A DNA stretch of 64,000 nucleotides from Macrostomum lignano (lineage: Eukaryota). Made by a program: the position numbers and the translations under genes. The notes below the pieces were generated by a model. The model did no database searches. It saw only the letters and a program-made list of their open reading frames with translations, and was not told the origin of the DNA. This document shows, in pieces, positions 55,391-64,000 of the stretch (position 1 is its first letter; each line of letters starts with the position of its first letter). Where the stretch lies: NCBI GenBank assembly GCA_002269645.1, contig NIVC01000237.1, forward strand, positions 372,001 to 436,000. Direction: 5' to 3'.

Positions 55391-58300
55391 TCACTCGGCT
55401 TTCTCAGCCTCCCCCGCAGTCCAGTCCCTCAGGCACTGCCATTGCTGCCCCGGCCGCAGCAGCTGGCGCACATTGATATTAACCCGAGTCAGCCGCAGGT
55501 AGCGCCGCATCAGGCAGCACTGCTCAGTCTGTGAGCAGGCCGCAGCCCCACTTTCGGCATCGCTTCGATCCTCGTCGCAAAAGCAGCAGTAGTCGGGTCC
55601 GGCCGCACGGCCAGAAGTGCCGGTAAACACCCTGACCACAGAGTGGTAAAACTGCCTGGACTGGCCGGTCATCACGATCACGTCTCCGTGTCCGAGCAGC
55701 ACCGGGATTGGCGCCAGAGACTCCGGACAGAGCCGGTCGGGACCGGCCAGCAGGTAAGCGGCGGATAGGCCGACGCTCAGGCTGACCAGGGGAGCCGCCA
55801 TGTAGGGCTCGGCGGTGTCCAGGTGGAAGCACATGCTGTGGCCGGGGTGGTAGTAGTTCACAATGCCCGCCTGGGCTGCGTACCGCCGCCCTGTCCAGGC
55901 ACCTGGGGGATTCGTATAAGCGAGATTGACTACTGAAGAGTAGCAAGGAGAGAATTTGAAGCGAATGGGAGCCGGCAATTCACTGCAAGCCATTTGGGTT
56001 TGGGGCTTAGGTAAGGGTTTAGATTAGGATTTAGGTTAGGGTTTAGGCTGCGGTTTAGGTTAGGGCTAGGTTTAAGTTAGGGTTTAGGTTAGGGTCGGCA
56101 GTCAATAGTGCAGACCCTAAGCGAATTTCTTACGTCTACAACGCGTGCAATACAATTAGTACTTGCTATTTGGGGGGGGGTACTGGCTACATGTATGGGA
56201 TTCTTTCTATCCAGGGATTCTTGCTATCTGCAGGATGCTTGCTATCTGGCTGGATGCTTGCTATCTGGCTGGATGCTTCAACAATATCTGGGGGATGCTT
56301 GCTATCTGCAGATGCTTGCTATCTGCAGATGCTTGCTATCTGGGGTGATGCTTGCTATCTGCAGATGCTTGCTATCTGGGGTGATGCTTGCTATCTGCAG
56401 ATGCTTGCTATCTGGGGAGATGCTTGCTATCTGCAGATGCTTGCTGTCTGGGGTGATGCTTGCTATCTGCAGATGCTTGCTGTCTGGGGTGATGCTTGCT
56501 ATCTGCAGATGCTTGCTATCTGCGGTTGCTTACTTTTGGGGGGGGGGGGTTGCTTGCTATCTGGGGGGATGCTTGCTATCTGCGGTTGCTTACTTTTGGG
56601 GGAGGGGGGGTTGCTTGCTATCTGGGGGATGCTTGCTGTCTTGGGAATATTTTTCAATTAAGAGGGAGCTATATTTTGTTGTCTGTTAATTTTAGAGAAA
56701 AAGTGATTCATAGCAAAACACCTTTGTCCGTAACAATTTTACACGAATCAGGTGATTTTTAGAAGTGAAGAAGGAATTGGTTCTTAAGAAAATGTGCAGT
56801 TTTAATTGTTTTCCATGAACTACTTTTGCTCCTTGCTTATTGGGCGCCCCGAAGGGGGGCGGCACTAGATTGCTAGTTAGCATACTAATACTTAAACAGA
56901 ACTTCAACAGTATCCATGTACACAGATGAGATCCTTGCTCAGGCTCAGAAATGAGTAAGAAGTACAAACAACTCAGAAACCGGACCAGAGTTCGTAGCTC
57001 ATTTCTAGAAACGCATCTATAAGCCCACAGAAATTATTCGCAGGGATTCCAGACTAGGAAAGCAAATTATTTGAAAATCCTAGTGGCTTTTCAAGTACGT
57101 AGTTTATTGGGAATTTACCAATTAAGAATTGACTTGCAGGTAAAGAGTCGTTGCAGGTAAAATAGGAAAGAAGTGACTCAATTATACGATTCTAAAACGA
57201 GATGTCTTTTAGTCTACTTGAGATAGTAGAAAGTTAAGCGCCAATACGACTCTTGGATGATGACTTTTTTGCTACTCTTTTACGATTCTGCAACTCACGT
57301 GATGCGCTCGTGACTCAGCAGTCGCCTCAGAGTCGCTAGAGATTCTCCAGTGAGTTGTTTGCAACTTGACTCTTTAGCGATTCTTGTCAGGGTAACGTAC
57401 TCTCTCAATGGGGTACTTGAAAATCAATTAGGATTTCCCAATTAGAATCCACCCAGAAGTCAATTGGGATTTCCCAATTAGAATCGAACCAGAAATCAAT
57501 TGGGATTTCCCAATTAATTAGAATCCACCCGAAAATCAATTGGGATTTCCCAATTAGAATCCACCCGAAAATCAATTGGGATTTCCCAATTAGAATCCAC
57601 CCAGAAATCAATTGGGATTTCCCAATTAGAATCCACCCAGAAATCAATTGGGATTTCCCAATTAGAATCGAACCAGAAATCAATTGGGATTTCCCAATTA
57701 GAATCGAACCAGAAATCAATTGGGATTTCCCAATTAGAATCGAACCAGAAATCAATTGGGATTTCCCAGTAGAATCGACCCGTAAATCAATTGGGATTTC
57801 CCAGTAGAATCGACCCGAAAATCAATTGGGATTTCTCGATTAGAATCGACCCGAAAATCAATTGGGATTTCCCAATTAGAATCGAACCAGAAATCAATTG
57901 AAATTTCCCAATTAGAATCGACCCGAAAATCAATTGTGATTCCCCAGTAGAATCGACCCAGAAATCAGTTGGGATTTCCCAATAGAGTCGCTCACCAGTG
58001 AGGTCGCAGAGCTGAGCTGCCAGGTCAGCCAGACAGCCGGGAATCTGCGGGGGCTCCCAGCTGGCGTCGGCAGCCGGCGGCACTCTGTATCGCCTCGCCG
58101 TCCAGTTGTACTGCGCACCCAGCGTTGTCCAGCGCAGCTTGTACAACCAGCTGGAGGCGAACAGCCGATCGTCTGGTTCGTCAACAAATTTGATTGCGTC
58201 ATCGAATAGCAGGGCCGGCCTGTCAGGCTCGATGTCCAAGTTGGTCCGGCGCCGCTCGCAGTCCAAGTCGTCGTCGACGGCACCGGCGTCGGCTGGACGA

Positions 58301-58882
58301 CCCCGGCCGGGCCAGCGGCGAACAGCGTCCGCGGCCAGGTGGGTTGGAAGGTCGGCGGCGCCCGGACGGGCCGGCGGCAGAAACGGATTGGGCAGGCAGT
58401 AGAAACCGTTGGGGTACTGCAGCACCTGCGGATGCGGGAGCAGAGGGAGAGCGGCTTTGCTCTCTTCTTTTAGGGGAATATAAGAAACACGACGATTTCC
58501 AAACAGGTTTTGAGATTTCAGTCTACTTTTTGACGAATATTTTCAAGACTGGGAAAGAAAAAATGTTATTCATTATTTTTATAAACTTCTCGGGTTTGTC
58601 GATTTAAAATTTAGCAGGCTTTATTAAAAAATAAATTAAAAAATGCAACGCGCTACTTATAGTAAGTTAAACAACAAAAATCTCTCCAACCTCAATAGAT
58701 TCCTTCAGCGAAGCGTCAGACGACTGCGGCCGCCGCACCTGGAACCTGACGGCCTTGGTGGCGGCCGCCCGTTCTGCGCAGTCCCGAAACTGCGCGTAGT
58801 TCATCGCGCGGTAACGCTTGAAGGCCAACTTCAAAGGGTCGCCACCAGCATCGTTACACTGACCAGCCTCCTCCATCATCAT
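55391..58882 (-). CDS. ALKBH1: AlkB homolog 1 (Fe/2-oxoglutarate nucleic-acid dioxygenase), ~377 aa, 3 exons
   Basis: Exons 58882-58691, 58425-57996, 55902-55391 with matched phases: GDPLKLAFKRYR|VLQYPNGFYCLPNPFLP...KLRWTTLGAQYNWTARRY...|AQAGIVNYY...CFHLD (HxD)...PLVSLSVG..AAYLLAG...GDVIVMTGQSRQFYHSV (His)...RVNINVRQ. Confidence 0.93.
55990..56096 (+). repeat. Degenerate TTAGGG / TTTAGG telomere-like tract
   Basis: TTAGGTAAGGGTTTAGATTAGGATTTAGGTTAGGGTTTAGG...GTTAGGGTTTAGGTTAGGG in ALKBH1 intron 2. Confidence 0.7.
56210..56640 (+). repeat. GATGCTTGCTATCTG-based intronic repeat
   Basis: Direct reading. Confidence 0.9.
57420..57985 (+). repeat. 36-bp intronic minisatellite with a palindromic core AATTGGGATTTCCCAATT
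   Basis: Unit GAAATCAATTGGGATTTCCCAATTAGAATCGAACCA, ~16 copies in ALKBH1 intron 2. Confidence 0.95.
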
Positions 58883-58892
58883 CACGATGATG

Positions 58893-59858
58893 TCAGGCTC
58901 GCCACAGGTGAACCAGCTCTCTGCGGTAGAAGTCTCCCACCGAGTCCTTGTCTTCAATGAGGTCGCGCAGGCCCGCTGCTACAGGCGGGTCGCTGGTTAG
59001 CAACCGGTTGCCAAGGCAACAAGTCAGCGAGTCCAAATCGTTGCTAAGCAACCGCTCCAGAGAATCGAAGCCCAAGCACACTTGTACGGGATTTTCCCAG
59101 ACTGCACCGGTTGTCAACCCAACCACCTGGTTGCTAGGCAAACTTGAAATCAGTCGACGCGCCGGTTCAAACAGCTGGCGCTCGAACTCGCGACCTAGCT
59201 CGGTCAGACGCAGCAGAATCCGATTGCAGGCCAGCAGGCGTTCGAAGAACTCGCGCTCGAGTTCGAGCTCCGTTCGCTCGACCAGCTGGACTTCTTCGGC
59301 AACAGCGGGCTCGGACGGCGAGGCTGCAGCGGCCCGAAGGCGAAGCCAACGGCGATTGACGCGATTGAGTCGGCGACACTCGGCGACGAGCTGGGCGCGG
59401 GACTGGCCGTAGCGCTGGGCGAGACTGCGGAGGGGCTGACGGGCTTCGCGAAAGAAATCCCGGACCGACTGCTGGGGATGGCGGGAGGGGATCTCTGCTG
59501 CCCTGGATGCTGTGTCTGAGATCTATCTACTGCCCTGGATGCTGTGCCTGAGATCTAGCTACTGCCCTGGATGCTGTGTCTGAGATCTATCTACTGCCCT
59601 GGATGCTGTGCCTGAGATCTAGCTACTGCCCTGGATGCTGTGTCTGAGATCTATCTACTGCCCTGGATGCTGTGTCTGAGATCTAGCTGCTGCCCTGGAT
59701 GCTGTGTCTGAGATCTAGCTACTGCCCTGGATGCTTTTCACAGCTTTCAAGTGCTCTAGACGCTCTGATTAGTATCCACCAAAAAAGATTGAATCCAAAG
59801 CCAAAAACCCATGTACAGTACTTACGAACAGTATTACTATGCTACTTATAAGTAGCAT
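58893..59858 (-). CDS. Gene X: unidentified helical / coiled-coil protein (~200 aa), mostly missed by the ORF track
   Basis: Stop-free GC-rich frame 59471-58893 behind the acceptor CCCGCCATCCCCAG: QSVRDFFREARQPLRSLAQRYGQSRAQLVAECRRLNRV...ELELEREFFERLLACNRILLRLTELGREFERQLFEPARRL...GDFYRRELVHLWRA*. It contains no ATG; the best start exon is 59858-59826 (MLLISSIVILF|GTAAGT, phase 0), which is tentative. Confidence 0.7.
59487..59735 (+). repeat. 32-bp intronic repeat (GATCTATCTACTGCCCTGGATGCTGTGTCTGA)
   Basis: Period 32 (59521, 59553...), immediately 5' of the gene X acceptor. Confidence 0.93.
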
Positions 59859-60295
59859 ACAAACGCACTTACATTTCATTATATTTAGCAGGAAATTACA
59901 AAAAAACTAATTAGTCACGCAGCAGTGAGCAACACAACGGTAAGATAATAAGAAAACAAAGGTCAGTTCCGCTATACAAATGCTTGGCTTCAATTTGTGT
60001 ATGCACATTATAGCAATGAGGAACCACATCGACATGTTCGGAGAAACGTCATTTCTAGGAATTTTTAAGGCTGGCATTTCAAACCTTTTGATGAGAACAA
60101 TAAAAAAGCGTTTAATCGGCCTTCAATATTCTTAGCATTCTTATACCATATAGATATTATTATAGATTTTCCTAGAAATGAAAAATATACCACTTGAGTA
60201 CTTTAAGTAGCCATTGCTGGACACAATCAATAACTATAGACAAATAATTGAATCATCATAAACCATTGGGATCAGTGCAACTATATCACCGCAAT

Positions 60296-61242
60296 TCAGT
60301 TTGTAGTCGATGGCGGATACTGATGATGATGGTAGCCCGCGCCGCTGCCGCCCGCCCCACCGCCGCTGGCGCCAGGCGGTCGGTACTGAGGCGCCGCGAA
60401 CGGCGTCATGCCTTTGCCAGCAATGCCGCAGGTGCCGACGCCAACGCGGCCCTTCGGGTTGTCCGGCCCGGGCGTGGCGAAGATGCTCTTGCCGATGCGG
60501 CCCTGGGCATTCGGCGGGCGGGCGAGGTGTGGCTTGAGACTATGGAGAGTCAGGGAAACAGGGAGAGTCAGGGAAACAGGGAGAGTCAGGGAAACAGGGA
60601 GAGTCGAGAAAACAGGGAGAGTCAGGGAAACAGGGAGAGTCAGGGAAACAGGGAGAGTCAGGGAAACAGGGAGAGTCGAGAAAACAGGGAGAGTCAAGGA
60701 CAGAGGGCGACCCGCGACAGTCAGGGTCAGATGGGAGAGTCAGAGGAGAGAGTCAGGGTCAGAGGGGAGAGTCAGAGAAAGGGGGGAGAGTCAGGGACTG
60801 AGGGAGAGTCAGGGACTGAGGGAGAGTCATGGACTGAGGGAGAGTCAGGGACTGAGGGAGAGTCAGGGTCAGAGGGGAGAGTCAAGGATACAGAGGGAGT
60901 CAGGGACAGGGGGGGAGAGTCAAGGACAGAGAGGGAGAGTCATGCAGAGCAGCCGAGCGGAAGCGACAGCGGCCAACTCACCTGTTTCTGAATCTTCTTA
61001 GAGAAGCTCTGCCAGGACTTTTTCTCCCGCTCGACAACGGCCTCCATCTCTTTCTCCCTCTCGGCCCGCTTGGCAACTTTGCGCATCTTGGCCTCCAGCG
61101 CCTTCGTCCGCTCCTCTCGGCGTCGCTTCTTAGCCGCCTGCGCGTTGCTGCCCTGCGCTGTGAGGGAGGCGGCGCCGGACTCGGAGCCGTGCGCGTCCGC
61201 TCCCGACTTGGCTCCGTCTGCGAGCGGCTTCAACAGGCTGAC
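60296..61242 (-). CDS. SMNDC1: SMNDC1 / SPF30 splicing factor, last two exons (Tudor exons lie beyond the window end)
   Basis: Exons 61242-60982 and 60502-60296: VSLLKPLADG...KMRKVAKRAEREKEMEAVVEREKKSWQSFSKKIQKQ|GRIGKSIFATPGPDNPKGRVGVGTCGIAGKGMT matches the SPF30 C-terminal SIFxxP...GxVGVGTCGIA..PMT motif. Confidence 0.92.
60545..60935 (+). repeat. ~18-bp intronic repeat (GGGAGAGTCAGGGAAACA / GGGAGAGTCAGGGACTGA)
   Basis: Direct reading, SMNDC1 last intron. Confidence 0.9.
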
Positions 61243-61269
61243 CTGAGGGTTGGGGAGAGTCAGCAGTCA

Positions 61270-64000
61270 GCAGGTCACTAATTGAGAGTCGACAGTCACT
61301 GCAGGTGGCTAATTGAGGTGCAGTCACTGCAGGTGGCTAATTGAGGCGACAGTCACATCAGGTGACTAATTGAGGTGCAGTCACTGCAGATGGCTAATTG
61401 AGGTGCAGTCACTGCAGGTGGCTAATTGAGGTGACAGTCACATCAGGTGACTAATTGAGGTGACAGTCACATCAGGTGACTAATTGAGGTGACAGTCACA
61501 TCAGGTGGCTAATTGAGGTGACAGTCACATCAGGTGACTAATTGAGGTGACAGTCACATCAGGTGACTAATTGAGGTGACAGTCACATCAGGTGGCTAAT
61601 TGAGGTGACAGTCACATCAGGTGACTAATTGAGGTGACAGTCACATCAGGTGACTAATTGAGGTGACAGTCACATCAGGTGGCTAATTGAGGTGACAGTC
61701 ACATCAGGTGACTAATTGAGGTGACAGTCACATCAGGTGACTAATTGAGGTGACAGTCACATCAGGTGACTAATTGAGGTGACAGTCACATCAGGTGACT
61801 AATTGAGGTGACAGTCACATCAGGTGGCTAATTGAGGTGACAGTCACATCAGGTGACTAATTGAGGTGACAGTCACATCAGGTGACTAATTGAGGTGACA
61901 GTCACATCAGGTGACTAATTGAGGTGACAGTCACATCAGGTGACTAATTGAGGTGACAGTCACATCAGGTGACTAATTGAGGTGACAGTCACATCAGGTG
62001 GCTAATTGAGGTGACAGTCACATCAGGTGGCTAATTGAGGTGACAGTCACATCAGGTGGCTAATTGAGGTGACAGTCACATCAGGTGGCTAATTGAGGTG
62101 ACAGTCACATCAGGTGGCTAATTGAGGTGAAAGTCACATCAGGTGGCTAATTGAGGTGACAGTCACATCAGGTGGCTAATTGAGGTGGCAGTCACTGCAG
62201 GTCACTAATTGAGAGGCGACAGTCACATCAGGTGGCTAATTGAGGTGACAGTCACATCAGGTGGCTAATTGAGGTGGCAGTCACTGCAGGTCACTAATTG
62301 AGAGGCGACAGTCACATCAGGTGGCTAATTGAGGTGCAGTCACTGCAGGTGGCTAATTGAGGTGCAGTCACTGCAGGTGGCTAATTGAGGCGACAGTCAC
62401 ATCAGGTGGCTAATTGAGGTGACAGTCACATCAGGTGGCTAATTGAGGTGCAGTCACTGCAGGTGGCTAATTGAGGCGACAGTCACATCAGGTGGCTAAT
62501 TGAGGTGCAGTCACTGCAGGTGGCTAATTGAGGCGACAGTCACATCAGGTGGCTAATTGAGGTGCAGTCACTGCAGGTGGCTAATTGAGGCGACAGTCAC
62601 ATCAGGTGACTAATTGAGGCGACAGTCACATCAGGTGACTAATTGAGGTGACAGTCACATCAGGTGACTAATTGAGGCGACAGTCACATCAGGTGGCTAA
62701 TTGAGGTGACAGTCACATCAGGTGGCTAATTGAGGTGACAGTCACATCAGGTGGCTAATTGAGGTGCAGTCACTGCAGGTGGCTAATTGAGGCGACAGTC
62801 ACATCAGGTGGCTAATTGAGGTGCAGTCACTGCAGGTGGCTAATTGAGGCGACAGTCACATCAGGTGGCTAATTGAGGTGGCAGTCACTGCAGGTCACTA
62901 ATTGAGAGGCGACAGTCACATCAGGTGGCTAATTGAGGTGCAGTCACTGCAGGTGACTAATTGAGGTGACAGTCACATCAGGTGGCTAATTGAGGTGACA
63001 GTCACATCAGGTGGCTAAATGAGGTGACAGTCACATCAGGTGGCTAATTGAGGTGACAGTCACATCAGGTGGCTAATTGAGGTGAGTCACATCAGGTGGC
63101 TAATTGAGGTGACAGTCACATCAGGTGGCTAATTGAGGTGACAGTCACTGCAGGTGGCTAATTGAGGTGACAGTCACATCAGGTGGCTAATTGAGGTGAC
63201 AGTCACATCAGGTGGCTAATTGAGGTGACAGTCACATCAGGTGGCTAATTGAGGTGACAGTCACATCAGGTGGCTAATTGAGGTGACAGTCACATCAGGT
63301 GGCTAATTGAGGTGACAGTCACATCAGGTGGCTAATTGAGTTAATGGTCACATCAGGTGACCAATAAGGGGCAGAGGTGATGGTCACACCAGGTGACCAA
63401 TAAAGGACAGAGGTGATGGTCACATCAGGTGACCAATAAGGGGCAGAGGTGATGGTCACACCAGGTGACCAATAAAGGACAGAGGTGATGGTCACATCAG
63501 GTGACTAATAAGGGGCAGAGGTGATGGTCACACCAGGTGACCAATAAAGGACAGAGGTGATTATCACACCAGGTGACCAATAAAGAGCAGAGATGATGGT
63601 CACAGCAGGTGACCAATAAAGGACAGAGGTGATTATCACACCAGGTGACCAATAAAGAGCAGAGATGATGGTCACAGCAGGTGACCAATAAAGGACAGAG
63701 GTGATGGTCACATCAGGTGACCAATAAGGGGCAGAGGTGATGGTCACACCAGATGACCAATAAAGGACAGAGGTGATTATCACACCAGGTGACCAATAAA
63801 GAGCAGAGATGATGGTCACACCAGGTGACCAATAAAGGACAGAGGTGATTATCACACCAGGTGATCAATAAAGAGCAGAGATGATGGTCACAGCAGGTGA
63901 CCAATAAAGGACAGAGGTGATTATCACACCAGGTGACCAATAAAGGACAGAGGTGATTATCACACCAGGTGACCAATAAAGAGCAGAGATGATGGTCACA
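61270..64000 (+). repeat. Compound intronic minisatellite: 29-bp units (AGGTGGCTAATTGAGGTGACAGTCACATC) switching at ~63345 to related 36-bp units (AGGTGACCAATAAAGGACAGAGGTGATGGTCACACC)
   Basis: Direct reading, SMNDC1 intron, running to the window end. Confidence 0.96.

Noticed and set aside
58893-58895. Stop-codon readthrough from gene X into ALKBH1
   Set aside because: TGA-C is a leaky context, but readthrough stays out of frame with ALKBH1 and hits TAA after 12 codons.

Overview
Eukaryotic (animal) genomic DNA with short GC-rich exons and introns filled by intron-specific mini/microsatellites, so most entries in the ORF track are repeat translations. The style resembles the flatworm Macrostomum (inference only). 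By reading splice sites and reading phases by eye I reconstruct about 11 genes: stomatin (+, N-terminal exons not found), a secreted class-3 lipase (-), SPATA6-like (+), a GPI-type Ly6/LYPD6-like protein with a GC-AG intron (+), a PAC1/PSMG1-like protein ending in an HbYX motif (-), a zinc-finger protein with a SENP6/7-type PH-like domain but no protease domain (-), MEAF6 (-), a Scratch-family zinc-finger factor (-), ALKBH1 (-), an unidentified helical protein missed by the ORF track (gene X, -) and the 3' part of SMNDC1/SPF30 (-). Also present: a RING pseudogene, an RTE-like fragment and a tRNA-derived SINE. The two most striking observations are (i) a ~5.9-kb TIR-bounded non-autonomous element inserted in a (TCTG)n tract, carrying a two-monomer higher-order satellite built from its own terminal motif, and (ii) a same-strand SMNDC1 - gene X - ALKBH1 cluster in which gene X's stop codon lies only 10 nt before the ALKBH1 ATG. 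Family calls come from remembered motifs, not database searches; repeat boundaries are approximate.
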